A DNA stretch of 64,000 bases from Flavobacteriales bacterium (GTDB lineage Bacteria; Bacteroidota; Bacteroidia; Flavobacteriales_F; PHOS-HE28): assembly GCA_016705545.1 (NCBI GenBank), contig JADIYA010000006.1, positions 198,353 to 262,352 on the forward strand. The letters run 5' to 3'. This document shows positions 20,840 through 31,900 of this stretch, in pieces. How positions within the stretch are numbered: the stretch's first letter is position 1; each line of letters starts with the position of its first letter. The position numbers and the translations under genes were made by a program. The notes below the pieces were generated by a model, which had not been told where the DNA came from, did no database searches, and saw nothing but the letters and a program-made list of their open reading frames with translations.

Positions 20840-22227
20840 GCGGTGGGTGCGTGCTTCGAGCCCCGGAAGCCATACCATACCAGGAAAGCATAGCACAAGA
20901 GCGGCAACGCGAAGCTGATGTGGAAACCCATGGTGGTGTACTTCTGAACGCCCATGAAATCAATGATGGCCCCTTGCAACGGCGGGATGACCGCACCACC
21001 GACGATCATCATCACAAGAAGACTTGAGCCCTGCGCGGTGTCGTCTCCCAAACCATCGATGGCCAAGGTGAAGATGTTGCTCCACATGATCGAATTGAAG
21101 AGGCCGATGGCTACGATCGCCCACATGGCCCATGCACCATCGAAGAGGATCACGCCAACGAGCAGGCCTATGGCCGCGATTGCGAAGAGGCCTAGTGCGC
21201 GCGATGGGTTCGGTCCAGCGAGCACGAAGGCGATGAAGTTTGCGGCAATCAATGCGGCCATAGGCCACGCGTGCTTCAGCATGAAGCCCGAACCACCGTT
21301 CACCGTGACCAACAGAACGAACATGGCCGCACCAAGCAGCAGCATGCACAGGTAGCGCAAACCGCCCAAGCCCTTGTTCAATGCCACCGCACCCATGAAG
21401 CGGCCCGCCATTGCGCCGCCCCAGTACAAACTGAGATAATGCTTGGCGCTTCCTTCGGGCATGGCCATCACGCTATCGAGCTTGAGGAAGTTGATGAGCA
21501 AACTGCCGATGGCGACCTCGGCTCCCACGTAGCAGAAAATGGCCACCATACCCCAGCGCAGTTGCGGATGTCGCCAGGCGTTGCTTCGACCGCTGCTCAC
21601 ATGCGGTGGCTCCGGCAGTTCGGTGAAATGAACCCAAATGGCTTGCAGCAAGAGCAGCAGGGTGAAAGCCGCATACGGCCAACGCACCGCTTCATCGCCC
21701 TTGAAGACCGAGAAGATCAAGGCGCCCCCGATGATGGGCGCGAGGGTGGTGCCCAGTGAGTTGAATGCTTGGGCCATGTTCAATCGGCTGCTCGCACCGG
21801 CCGGGTCGCCGATGATGGCCACGAACGGATTGGCTGCGATCTGCAGCAAGGTGAACCCGAGGCCGAGCACGAACAAGGCGAGCAGGTAGAACGCGAACAT
21901 GTTCACGTAGGTGGCGGGAACGAAAAGGGCGGTGCCGAGCGCGGAAAGCAGGAGCCCTGCGATGAGCGCGCGCTTGTAACCGGCGTGCGCAATGGGGTCA
22001 ACACCGCCCTGCGATCGGATGTAGTAGACGAGCGAGCCAACGAAGTAGGCGCCGAAGAAGCAGAGATTCACCATCAGGGTCTGCCACCACGGCATGCCGG
22101 GGAAAACGGTGCGCAGGTGGGGGATGAGCACATCGTTCATCACCGTCATGAAGCCCCACATGAAGAAGAGCGTGGTGAGGACAACAAGCGGGTAGGTGGC
22201 GGAGCGCTGGTTCATGGTACTGGTCAA
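20836..22227 (-). CDS. MFS sugar transporter of the FucP / glucose-galactose (GluP) subfamily
   Basis: Twelve TM helices. The N-terminus LVVLTTLFFMWGFMTVMNDVLIPHL is characteristic of FucP/GluP. Confidence 0.7.
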   Translation of the reverse strand: MTSTMNQRSATYPLVVLTTLFFMWGFMTVMNDVLIPHLRTVFPGMPWWQTLMVNLCFFGAYFVGSLVYYIRSQGGVDPIAHAGYKRALIAGLLLSALGTALFVPATYVNMFAFYLLALFVLGLGFTLLQIAANPFVAIIGDPAGASSRLNMAQAFNSLGTTLAPIIGGALIFSVFKGDEAVRWPYAAFTLLLLLQAIWVHFTELPEPPHVSSGRSNAWRHPQLRWGMVAIFCYVGAEVAIGSLLINFLKLDSVMAMPEGSAKHYLSLYWGGAMAGRFMGAVALNKGLGGLRYLCMLLLGAAMFVLLVTVNGGSGFMLKHAWPMAALIAANFIAFVLAGPNPSRALGLFAIAAIGLLVGVILFDGAWAMWAIVAIGLFNSIMWSNIFTLAIDGLGDDTAQGSSLLVMMIVGGAVIPPLQGAIIDFMGVQKYTTMGFHISFALPLLCYAFLVWYGFRGSKHAPTA

Positions 22228-22245
22228 AGATGCTCGCCGCAGCGA

Positions 22246-22285
22246 TCCAAAAAGCAGAAGGGCCGCCCTCGCGGACAGCCCTTCT
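22246..22285 (-). terminator. Rho-independent terminator of the thrS-infC-rpmI-rplT operon
   Basis: On the minus strand: AGAAGGGC-N14-GCCCTTCT followed by GCTTTTT, immediately 3' of rplT. Confidence 0.5.
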
Positions 22286-22303
22286 TCAATTCTTGTGCTC
22301 GGC

Positions 22304-22648
22304 CTACTTCACCTTGTTCACGATCGCAGCAAAACCGGTGGCATCGCTATACGCGATCTCCGCCAGCGCCTTGCGGTCCAAGTTGATGTTGGCCTGCTTC
22401 AATTTGTTCATCAGCACGCTATAGCTGATGCCGTTGATCCGGGCAGCGGCATTGATGCGCTGGATCCAAAGGCCGCGGAAGTCACGCTTCTTGAGGCGGC
22501 GGCCATCGTAGGCGTGGGAGAGGCCCTTCTCAACGCTGTTCTTGGCAACGGTGAGCACGTTCTTGCGGCGGCCGAAGCTGCCTTTGGCCATGGCGAGGAC
22601 TTTCTTCCTGCGCGCTTTGCTGGCTACTTTATTCTGACTGCGTGGCAT
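22304..22648 (-). CDS. rplT: 50S ribosomal protein L20
   Basis: [30 protein letters not shown]... Confidence 0.9.
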   Translation of the reverse strand: MPRSQNKVASKARRKKVLAMAKGSFGRRKNVLTVAKNSVEKGLSHAYDGRRLKKRDFRGLWIQRINAAARINGISYSVLMNKLKQANINLDRKALAEIAYSDATGFAAIVNKVK

Positions 22649-22753
22649 GTTCCACTTGGGTTTTCGGGCGTGAGCGTCGGCTCGATGACCGGTCTTTGGT
22701 GCTGCACGTCCTGGTTAACGCTACCTATTGTTACCCTGGAGCGATTGGGGTTC

Positions 22754-22945
22754 TTACTTCAGAAGGTCGAGCACGTTCTTCTTGTCCACACCGGCAATGA
22801 TGCCGGTCTTGGTCAGGGCGCGCTTGCGCTTGGTCTCCTTCTTGGTGAGGATGTGGCGCTTGAAGGCGTGCTTGAACTTGATCTCGCCGGTGCCAGTGAG
22901 CTTGAATCGCTTCTTGGCGCCGGACTTGGTCTTCATCTTGGGCAT
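22754..22945 (-). CDS. rpmI: 50S ribosomal protein L35
   Basis: Internal start [36 protein letters not shown]. The longer ORF running to 23059 overlaps infC. Confidence 0.85.
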   Translation of the reverse strand: MPKMKTKSGAKKRFKLTGTGEIKFKHAFKRHILTKKETKRKRALTKTGIIAGVDKKNVLDLLK

Positions 22946-23055
22946 GGCTGTCGTCTTTGTCATTCCGGGCTTGACCGGAATCGCGTTGGTGTTTCTACTC
23001 TTCTCTTTCGTCGTTATCGCGTGCCATAGCGGGCGGATGGTCATCCGCCTCCATG

Positions 23056-23652
23056 TCATTTCTTCTTCTTGGGGATCAGGTACATGATCATGCGCTTGCC
23101 TTCGAGCTTGGGCATGCTCTCCACTAGGCCGATGTCCTCCAGGTCCTGCGCGAACTTCAGCAGCAGGATCTCGCCGCGCTCCTTGAACACGATGCTGCGG
23201 CCGCGGAAGAACACGAAGGCCTTCACTTTATGGCCCTCTTCGAGAAAGTTGCGCGCGTGCTTCAACTTGAAATTCACATCATGCTCATCCGTGTTCGGCC
23301 CGAAGCGGATCTCCTTCACTTCGGCAACGGCCTGCTTGGCCTTAATCTCCTTCTGCTTCTTCTTGAGGTCGTAAAGGAACTTCTTGTAATCCGTGATGCG
23401 GCATACGATGGGCACAGCCGTAGGACTGATCTCCACCAGGTCGAGCCCCAGATCCTCGGCCATGCGCAGTGCTTGACTGAAGGGATACACGCCTTGCTCG
23501 ATGTTCTCGCCCACCACGCGCACCTCATTCACACCGTAGATCTTATTGTTGATCCGGTGCGGGTCTTCCTTGATGACGCGACCGCGGAATGGACGACGCG
23601 AGCCACCACCACTGGGGCGCGGACCGCTTGGACGGAAGGGAGGACCTGCCAC
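23056..23652 (-). CDS. infC: Translation initiation factor IF-3
   Basis: ...[57 protein letters not shown]... The true start codon may be atypical (AUU/AUA), as is usual for infC. Confidence 0.85.
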   Translation of the reverse strand: MAGPPFRPSGPRPSGGGSRRPFRGRVIKEDPHRINNKIYGVNEVRVVGENIEQGVYPFSQALRMAEDLGLDLVEISPTAVPIVCRITDYKKFLYDLKKKQKEIKAKQAVAEVKEIRFGPNTDEHDVNFKLKHARNFLEEGHKVKAFVFFRGRSIVFKERGEILLLKFAQDLEDIGLVESMPKLEGKRMIMYLIPKKKK

Positions 23653-23739
23653 TTAAGCTTGTTTGGTTCGGTGTCCGGCGCCTCTTGCCCCGGACTTTGA
23701 GGGCGCGAATATCAGCATCTTTCCCTATCCGCCAGCACG

Positions 23740-25689
23740 TTAAGCTGCCGTTGCCTGTCCCAGCTGCATCTCGATCCGCTCCTGGATCAGTCGGGCGAAG
23801 GCTACAACGGTCATGGCACCGGCATCGCCTGCGCCATGCTCACGCACGCTCAGGGTGCCGCTTTCCACCTCTTTCTCGCCGAGGATCAGCATGAATGGCG
23901 ACTTGGCAAGTTCGGCGTCTCGGATCTTGCGACCTATCTTCTCACTGCGCTCATCCAACTCGCACCGGATGCCCATGGCAGCCAATTGGGATTGCGCCTG
24001 CTTGGCGGCATCAACGAATTTGTCGCTGATGGGCAGGATGATGGCCTGCTCCGGGGTTAGCCAGAGCGGGAAGCGCCCGGCGGTGTGCTCGATGATGAGG
24101 GCGATGAAACGCTCCAATGAACCGAATGGCGCCCTGTGGATCATCACCGGGCGGTGGCGGGCGTTGTCGCTGCCCACGTATTCCAATTGGAATCGCTCCG
24201 GCAGGTTGTAGTCCACTTGGATGGTGCCCAACTGCCAGCGGCGTCCCAGTGCATCCTTCACCATGAAGTCGAGCTTGGGCCCGTAGAAGGCGGCCTCACC
24301 GTATTCAACCACGGTCTTCATGCCGCACTCGGCCGCCGCGTCGATGATGGCCTGTTCGGCTTTCTGCCAGTTCTCATCGCTGCCGATGTACTTGCTGCGG
24401 TCCAATTTGTCGCGCAGGCTCACTTGCGCCTCGAATTTCTCGAAGCCCAAGGCCCTGAGCACCAATAGGACAAGATCGATCACCTTCAGGAATTCCTCTT
24501 TCACCTGGTCCGGACGGCAGAAGAGGTGCGCATCGTCCTGCGTGAAGCCGCGCACACGGGCCAGGCCATGCAATTCACCGCTCTGCTCGTAGCGGTAAAC
24601 GGTGCCGAATTCAGCCAGCCGCAAAGGCAGGTCCTTGTAGCTGCGCGGCCGGCTGGCGAAGATTTCGCAGTGGTGCGGGCAATTCATGGGCTTCAGCATG
24701 AAGAGCTCGCCTTCCTGCGGCGTGCTGATGGGCTGGAAGCTGTCCTTGCCGTATTTCTCCCAGTGACCGCTGGTCTCGTACAGCGCCTTGCTGCCTATAT
24801 GGGGCGTGGCCACCTGCACGTAGCCGGCCTTCTCCTGGGCTTCCTTCATGAAGTTGATGAGCCGCTCGCGCAAGGCCGCGCCCTTAGGCAGCCACAGTGG
24901 AAGGCCCGCGCCAACGCGCTCACTGAAGGTGAAGAGGTCCATCTCCTTCCCCAGCTTGCGGTGGTCGCGCTTCTTGGCCTCTTCCAGGAGCGTGAGATGC
25001 TCGTCTAGTTCCTTCTGCTTCGGAAAGGTGATGCCGTACAGCCGCGTGAGCTGCTTGCGCTTCTCATCCCCGCGCCAATAGGCGCCTGCCACGCTCATCA
25101 CCTTCACGGCCTTGATGAAGGAGGTATCTGGGATGTGCGGCCCGCGGCACAAGTCGGTGAAGCTGCCTTGGGTATAGAAGGTGATCTCGCCATCGTTCAG
25201 GCCATCGATCAGCTCCAGTTTGTACTCATCGCCCTTCTCCGTGAAATAGGCCACCGCATCGGCTTTGCTCACCGCTTTGCGCTCGAATGCGCTCTTCTTC
25301 GAAGCGAGCTCTTTCATTTTGGCTTCAATGGCTGCGAAGTCACCATCGCCGATGGTCTTCTCGCCGAGGTCGATGTCGTAGTAGAAGCCGTTCTCGATGG
25401 GCGGGCCGATCCCGAATTTGGTTCCTGGGTAGAGTGCTTCGATTGCCTCGGCCAGCAGGTGCGCGCTGCTATGCCAGAAGGTGCTCTTGCCCTCCGCATC
25501 GTTCCAAGTGAGCAAGGAGAGGGTGCAGTCGCCGGGCAGCGGCCGGCTGGCGTCCCGCACTTCGCCGTTCACTTTTGCGCTCAGCACGTTCCGCGCGAGT
25601 CCATCACTGATGCTCTTGGCCACATCCATGGCCGTTGCGCCTTGCGCGAATTCCCGCACGCTGCCGTCCGGGAGGGTCACTTTGATCAT
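23740..25689 (-). CDS. thrS: Threonine--tRNA ligase
   Basis: [14 protein letters not shown]... (TGS domain) plus a class II aaRS core. Confidence 0.9.
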   Translation of the reverse strand: MIKVTLPDGSVREFAQGATAMDVAKSISDGLARNVLSAKVNGEVRDASRPLPGDCTLSLLTWNDAEGKSTFWHSSAHLLAEAIEALYPGTKFGIGPPIENGFYYDIDLGEKTIGDGDFAAIEAKMKELASKKSAFERKAVSKADAVAYFTEKGDEYKLELIDGLNDGEITFYTQGSFTDLCRGPHIPDTSFIKAVKVMSVAGAYWRGDEKRKQLTRLYGITFPKQKELDEHLTLLEEAKKRDHRKLGKEMDLFTFSERVGAGLPLWLPKGAALRERLINFMKEAQEKAGYVQVATPHIGSKALYETSGHWEKYGKDSFQPISTPQEGELFMLKPMNCPHHCEIFASRPRSYKDLPLRLAEFGTVYRYEQSGELHGLARVRGFTQDDAHLFCRPDQVKEEFLKVIDLVLLVLRALGFEKFEAQVSLRDKLDRSKYIGSDENWQKAEQAIIDAAAECGMKTVVEYGEAAFYGPKLDFMVKDALGRRWQLGTIQVDYNLPERFQLEYVGSDNARHRPVMIHRAPFGSLERFIALIIEHTAGRFPLWLTPEQAIILPISDKFVDAAKQAQSQLAAMGIRCELDERSEKIGRKIRDAELAKSPFMLILGEKEVESGTLSVREHGAGDAGAMTVVAFARLIQERIEMQLGQATAA

Positions 25690-25814
25690 ATCGGTTCGCT
25701 TCACGTCCGTACAAATGGCCGCTGAAGGGCTGCGAAAGTAGGCCCATGGCAGTGAACCTTTGGACCATGCCGCGCCGAAGGCCCAAGCCTGCCAACGCCC
25801 ACGTCAGCCTGACC

Positions 25815-26234
25815 ATGAGCCGGATCAGGGCCAAGGACACCAAGCCGGAGCTCATCGTTCGTGCATGCCTTCGGGCTGCGGGCCTCACCGGATATCGCTT
25901 GCATTATGCCAAGGCGCCTGGCCGACCCGACATCGCTTTTGTGAATCGCAAGCTCGCGGTTTTCGTGCACGGCTGTTTCTGGCACGGCTGCCCGCATTGC
26001 CAGCCGCCCAAGCCCAAGCGCAATTCGTGGTACTGGGGGCCGAAGCTGGAGCGCAATCAAGAACGTGATGGCGAGAAGGCGGCGGCACTTCGACGTGAAG
26101 GTTGGCGCGTGATCACGCTGTGGGAATGCCGCATCAAGCGCACTCCCGATGCTCAAGTAGCGCGCGTCCTTAGGGCTTACGACGCCCGAACAGCCGTGCG
26201 AAGAAGCGCTTCTCGAAGGCCCAGAAAAAACTGA
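25815..26234 (+). CDS. vsr: Very-short-patch-repair endonuclease Vsr
   Basis: TKPELIVRACLRAAGLTGYRLHYAKAPGRPDIAFVNRKLAVFVHGCFWHGCPHC...WYWGPKLERNQERD...GWRVITLWEC, which is the Vsr signature. Start chosen at MSRIRAKD. Confidence 0.8.
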   Translation: MSRIRAKDTKPELIVRACLRAAGLTGYRLHYAKAPGRPDIAFVNRKLAVFVHGCFWHGCPHCQPPKPKRNSWYWGPKLERNQERDGEKAAALRREGWRVITLWECRIKRTPDAQVARVLRAYDARTAVRRSASRRPRKN

Positions 26235-26496
26235 ACTGCCCGAATAACGCGCCATATAGGAGCAGCAGGGCATTGTACACGGGCAGGATCAGGATGTAAT
26301 AGAGCACTGTGAACAGCAGGGGAGGGTCGCCTGCATCACCACTGGCCCAAGCCACCATCGGCTTCTTCAAGAACATCACGGTGAACCCGGTGAGGGCGAA
26401 GACCAGCAGGATGACCCCGACACGCGCAGGGGACACGCCCCAACGCTCCGCTAAGCGCCGCACCCAGCCAGCCTTCGACTCTTGTTGCTCTGCCAT
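26170..26496 (-). CDS. Small hypothetical membrane protein
   Basis: Two or three hydrophobic helices (VGVILLVFALTGFTVMFL, LLFTVLYYILILPVYNALLLLYGALF). Its 3' end overlaps the vsr 3' end by 65 nt in a convergent arrangement. Confidence 0.4.
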   Translation of the reverse strand: MAEQQESKAGWVRRLAERWGVSPARVGVILLVFALTGFTVMFLKKPMVAWASGDAGDPPLLFTVLYYILILPVYNALLLLYGALFGQFSFFWAFEKRFFARLFGRRKP

Positions 26497-26602
26497 CACG
26501 CGGCGAAGATGTGGCTGAGCCACCAAGCCTCAATCTGCCTGACCCAAAATGCCCCAATTGCGGTAGTCGGCCTCGCTCCTCCACTACTTCAATGCAGCCC
26601 GC

Positions 26603-27709
26603 TCAATCGGCCCACTCGGCCAGGAAGAGGTTCGTCTCCCGTGTGCCTCCATTGTTGCGGTTACTGCTGAACACCAGATAGCGGCCATCGGGACTGAACA
26701 CCGGGAATGCATCGAAGGTGTCGCCGTGGCTCACCTGCTCCAGGCCAGTGCCGTCGGCGTTGATCATGAAGAGCGTGAACGGGAATCCGCGTTTGCTGCG
26801 GTGGTTGCTGGCGAAAAGGATACGCTTACCGTCAGGATGCCAATAGGGCGCCCAGTTCGCCTGGCCCAGTGAGGTGATCTGCCGGGCATCGGTCCCGTCA
26901 GCGTTGGCCACCCAGAGCTCCATGTTGGTGGGCATCACGAGGCCCTCCTTCAGCAAGGCCAAGTATTCCGCTTCTTCATCCGCAGTGCGCATGCGCGATG
27001 CGCGCCAGAGCAGTTTGCTGCCATCAGGGCTGAAGAAGGCGCCGCCATCGTAGCCGAGGGTGCTCGTCACGCGTCGCACATCACTGCCATCGAGTTTCAT
27101 GGTGTAGAGATCCAGGTCGCCGTCGCGCATGCTGGTGAACACGATCCGGTCGCCTCTGGGCGAAACGGTCGCCTCCGCATCATATCCCGGTGTTTCCGTG
27201 AGCTTGCGGACCAGTTTCCCGCTCAATTCCGCCACATGGATGTCGAAGCTCGGATAAATGGGCCACACGTACTTTCCATCGGCCCGGCGCTCAGGCACGG
27301 CCGGGCAGGCGGCGTTGTGCTCGTGCGTGCTGGCGAAAATCACCTCCTTGCCGTTGGGCATGAAGTAGCTGCAGGTGGTGCGCCCGCCTTTTACGCTGAT
27401 GAGCGCGGGCTGCTTGGCGCGCAGATCATCGGTGAATGGATTGAACACATGGATCTGGTCGCAGCTCTCGCCCCAAGCCGGGTTGGTGCTCTGGAACACG
27501 AGCCGTTGGCCATCGAAGCTCCAATACGCTTCAGCGTTATCGCCACCGAAAGTGAGTTTCTTCAACCGCTTGAAGTGGCGCTCATCCGGATGGATCAAGG
27601 TGCTGTCCCAGCCAGTCACGGCCGCAGTGGGCGCAACGGGCGCCACGACGAACTTCGCTCTGGAGCATTGCACTAGTGCAGTGATGAGGGCGATAAGGGC
27701 GAGGCGCAT
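26603..27709 (-). CDS. TolB-like / PD40 beta-propeller periplasmic protein
   Basis: Signal peptide plus repeated DGxxIxFxS motifs (RIVFTSMRDGDLDLYTM, RILFASNHRS, YLVFSSNRNNG). Confidence 0.65.
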   Translation of the reverse strand: MRLALIALITALVQCSRAKFVVAPVAPTAAVTGWDSTLIHPDERHFKRLKKLTFGGDNAEAYWSFDGQRLVFQSTNPAWGESCDQIHVFNPFTDDLRAKQPALISVKGGRTTCSYFMPNGKEVIFASTHEHNAACPAVPERRADGKYVWPIYPSFDIHVAELSGKLVRKLTETPGYDAEATVSPRGDRIVFTSMRDGDLDLYTMKLDGSDVRRVTSTLGYDGGAFFSPDGSKLLWRASRMRTADEEAEYLALLKEGLVMPTNMELWVANADGTDARQITSLGQANWAPYWHPDGKRILFASNHRSKRGFPFTLFMINADGTGLEQVSHGDTFDAFPVFSPDGRYLVFSSNRNNGGTRETNLFLAEWAD

Positions 27710-27776
27710 GGCGGATCGTTCGGGCCGCGAATCTACCAGCCGCCTGATCAGCCGACGCTAGCGATAACTTGCCAGC

Positions 27777-28856
27777 ATGGACACTGCTGGGAAATCCGTC
27801 AAGGGGCGCGGGGCGGCTGATCAACCGGCCAATCGCTTCTTGAGCAGCAGCTACGGCATCGTGCATCCTGAGGGCATCGATGAACCGCTGGAAGACGCCC
27901 GTCCCACGCGTTATCTATTAGAGGAGCCCCGCACCATCGTGAACCGGGTGAACAGCCCCGACCTGCCTTTTGTGTACAGCTTGAATCCATACCAGGGCTG
28001 TGAGCATGGATGCGCCTATTGCTATGCGAGGCCCACGCACGAGTATTGGGGCTACAGCGCCGGCCTTGATTTCGAGCAGGTGATCCTAGTGAAGCGCAAT
28101 GCGCCGGATTTGCTGCGCATGCAATTGATGAATGCGCGTTGGGTAGTGCATCCCATCAGCATCAGCGGGGCCACGGATCCGTACCAACCGATTGAGCGCG
28201 CGGAACGGCTCACCCGCCAGTTGCTTGAGGTTGCGATGGAATTCAAGCAGCCGGTATCTCTGATCACCAAGAACGCGCTGGTGCTGCGCGATGCGGACCT
28301 GCTCGCAGAGTTGGCCGCGCAAGGACTGGCCTCCGTGGCCATCAGCATCACAACATTGAATGAGGGGCTACGGCGCGTCATGGAGCCGCGCACCAGCACA
28401 GCGGCCCATCGACTTCGGGCAATCGCCGAATTGCGAGCAGCTGGAGTGCCCGTGATGGCGATGCTGGCACCGATCATCCCAGCCTTGAATGAACCAGAGA
28501 TACCAGCCCTGATCAAAGCCGCTGCATCGGCAGGCGCGCTCACAGCCAGCTATACGGTACTGCGCACCAACGGCGCCGTGCAGAAGGTATTCGAATCTTG
28601 GCTGCGGTTGCATTTCCCCGATCGTGCGGATAAGGTACTTGCTCAGACCCGTGAGCTGCATAGCGGAAGCGTTTCAGATAGCGTTACCGGCCGCCGTATG
28701 CGCGGGGAGGGGGCGCATGCGACCAGCATCAATAGGGTGTTCAGCGTGCTGCGTTTGCGCCATTTCAGCGATTCGGGGATGCCAGCGTTGCGTTGCGACC
28801 TGTTCCAAAGGCCGCCCCAAGGCCAACTCGGCTTGTTCGATGTTCAGGGACCATAA
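27777..28856 (+). CDS. PA0069-family radical SAM protein (SplB-like)
   Basis: The N-terminus KGRGAADQPANRF and the CEHGCAYCYA cysteine triad (CxxxCxxC). Confidence 0.7.
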   Translation: MDTAGKSVKGRGAADQPANRFLSSSYGIVHPEGIDEPLEDARPTRYLLEEPRTIVNRVNSPDLPFVYSLNPYQGCEHGCAYCYARPTHEYWGYSAGLDFEQVILVKRNAPDLLRMQLMNARWVVHPISISGATDPYQPIERAERLTRQLLEVAMEFKQPVSLITKNALVLRDADLLAELAAQGLASVAISITTLNEGLRRVMEPRTSTAAHRLRAIAELRAAGVPVMAMLAPIIPALNEPEIPALIKAAASAGALTASYTVLRTNGAVQKVFESWLRLHFPDRADKVLAQTRELHSGSVSDSVTGRRMRGEGAHATSINRVFSVLRLRHFSDSGMPALRCDLFQRPPQGQLGLFDVQGP

Positions 28857-28916
28857 TTGCAGGCACGCCAACAACCCTCACCTTCGCGCAGCGTAAAGGC
28901 GCTGGATTCGATACCG

Positions 28917-31900
28917 ATGGCCTTCCGATTCTTCCGAGCTTTCATGCTCCTGGGCTTCGTGCACATGGGTGTGTTGCAGGCACAAACGCTCCCAGCTGGA
29001 TTCGTGTCGTCGTTGGTTTCCGATGGCTGGTTCAGCCCGGTAGGCGCCACTTGGGACGCGAATGGCCGGGTGTATGTCTGGGAGAAATCGGGCCGGGTTT
29101 GGATCATGGAGAATGGGGTGCGCCTGCCATCGCCGATGCTGAACCTGGTTGATGAGGTAGGCAACTGGGCCGATCACGGCATGCTTGGCTTCGCGCTCGA
29201 CCCGAACTTCACCTCCAATGGCCGCATCTACGCCATGTACGTCGTGGATAGGCACCACCTTATCCATTACGGTACGCCGAACTACAGCTCCTTAACGAAT
29301 GATTTCGGTACGGCCACAATCGGCCGGATCGTCCGCTACACGGCTATCGGTCCGAGCTTCAACACCGTGGATCCAGCGAGCCGTACGGTGCTGCTCGGAG
29401 AGACCATCACCACTGGTGCGCCCATCCTCTACAACACGCACGGTGTGGGAACATTGCTCTTCGCACCGGATGGCACCCTGCTCGCAACGATCGGGGAAGG
29501 CGCCAGTGCGGCTTCTGCCGACCTCGGTAGCGCATCGGAGAGCTACTTCGCCCAAGCGCTGAACGACGGCATCATCACCGCTGCAGAGAACGTTGGCGCA
29601 TTCCGCTCGCAGCTGATCAATTCGTTCAGCGGCAAGGTGCTGCGAATGGATCCCAATACCGGCGATGGCGTGCCGAGCAATCCCTTCTATGATCCGGCGC
29701 AGCCAAGAGCGCCTCGTTCGCGCGTTTGGGAACTTGGGCTGCGCAACCCATTCCGCATGACGCACAAGGAGGGCACTGGGAGCACCGATCCCACCACAGG
29801 CGATGTGGGAACGCTCTTCATCGGCGATGTGGGCTGGTACACCTGGGAAGAGATGAACGTTTGCACCCAGCCGGGCCAGAACTTCGGCTGGCCGCTCTTC
29901 GAGGGCTTCAGCCCGGCGCCCGGTTACCCGGACGTGAACATCGAGAACCGCGATGCCGAGAATCCGCTGTACAATGGCGTGAGCTGCACCCAGCGCTATT
30001 TCCGTTTCAAGGACGTGTTGAAGGAGGACACGCCTGTGCATGTGAACGGCCATCCAAATCCATACGACGCAGGACAGCAGGTGCCCAACTACATCCCCAA
30101 ATTCTTCCATAGTCGCCCCAGCATCGATTGGCGGCACGGCAACCAATCGCGGTGCGGAGCATTCAGTGGCGACACAGCCATCACGTTCGACCTCGACGAT
30201 CCGTTATCGCCCGTGCCGGGGCCGCGTTTCGGCGGTAACGCTCCTGTGGCAGGTCCATGGCGGGCATGGAGCGGTTTCCCGGCGCAATACCAGAACAGCG
30301 CCTTCCATGCGGACTATGCGCAAGGCTGGATCAGGCGCTTCGAGTACAATGCGCAAGGAGAAGTGCAGACCGTGCATGATTTCGCGAGCGGGTTGGGCAT
30401 GATCAGCTGGATGGGGCAGGGGCCCGATGGCTGCCTTTACTACCTGAAGTACGGAACCGGCGCTGAGCTGCGGCGCATCTGCAACACCACCACCGTGAAC
30501 CTGCCACCCGTAGCAATGGCCACACAGAGCGTGCAATTCGGTCCTGGGCCATTGAGCGTGAGCTTCACCGGCAGCGGGAGCAGTGATCCGGAGAATGGTG
30601 CACTCACCTACCTATGGAACTTCGGCGACGGCGGCAGCACGTCGAGCCTCCCGAATCCCACACGGATCTTCACGGCTCCGGCCGGGCAGCCGGCCATGTT
30701 CACCGTAACGCTGACGGTCACGGACAACTTTGGGCAGCAGGCCACGAAACAGCTGGTCGTGAGCGTGAATAACACTCCGCCTGTGGTCGCCATTACCAGC
30801 GTAAACAATGGCGCAACATCCTGGTGGGGATTGATACCATTTTCCAACTAGGCGCCTCCGTTTCCGACGCACAACATGGGCCTGCCCAACTCACCTATGC
30901 CTGGCAGGCCACCTTGGTGCATGGGAACCACGAGCATCAAGGGCCGATCTATTCATTCGTGAGCGGGAACATGACAACAAGTGGTGAAGGCTGCGACGGG
31001 CAGACCTACCATTACCGCATTGATCTCTCAGTGACCGATGCCCACGGCCTTACCGGAACAGCCAGCAATTTGCTCTTGCCACGGTGCCAAGCCGTGGCCC
31101 CGGTAGCGATCATCCAAGCATCTGCCTTGGCCGGCCTCGCGCCATTCGCTGTGCAATTCGATGGAACGGGCTCGTACGACCCCGGCACAATCGTGAGCTA
31201 TGAATGGGACTTTGGCGATGGCACGAGCAGTACGATGCCTGCACCACTGAAGACCTTCTTGAACGCCGGGGACCGGACCGTGACCTTGCGGGTGACGGAC
31301 AATGACGGCCTCTACGGCATTGCAACGCGCACCATCAGCGCATTGGCCTTGCAGCCGCCGCAATGCGCCGGGCTCTCAGGCGGCTTAACGCGCCAGGTTT
31401 GGAACAACATCGGCGGCACCAGCATCCCAGACCTCACCGGGCACCCAAGCTACCCGAACAGTCCTTCAAGCGCCGGTGTGATCACCAGCTTCCAAGGCCC
31501 TACCAACATCGCCAACAACTATGGCACGCGGATACGCGGCTACCTCGTGGCGCCCGAAACCGGCACCTACACCTTCACTGTGACCAGCGACGATGCCAGC
31601 GCCGTTTATCTCAGCCCGAATGCAGAGCAGATCCACAAGCAGCTCATCTGCTCCGTGCCGGGCACCACGCTTGCTGCCGAGTTCAATAAGTACGTTACCC
31701 AGACCAGCGTAGCGTTGCAGCTGGTGGCTGGTGCGCATTACTATGTGGAACTCCTGCACAAAGAGGGCTCCTCCAACGATCACTTCGCCGTTTACTGGCA
31801 GACCCCCTCGAACAGCAATCGCACGATCGTACCGGGAAGCGCGCTGGTGCAATGGGCAGATTGCCCACCGGGATTGCGTTTACGCGCCAACCTGCAAGGC

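Noticed and set aside
23056-23652. N-terminal extension of IF-3 ([20 protein letters not shown]...) as a frameshift or fusion
   Set aside because: infC commonly uses a non-AUG start, and Bacteroidota IF-3 often carries a basic, Gly/Pro-rich N-terminal extension. There is no evidence of a problem.
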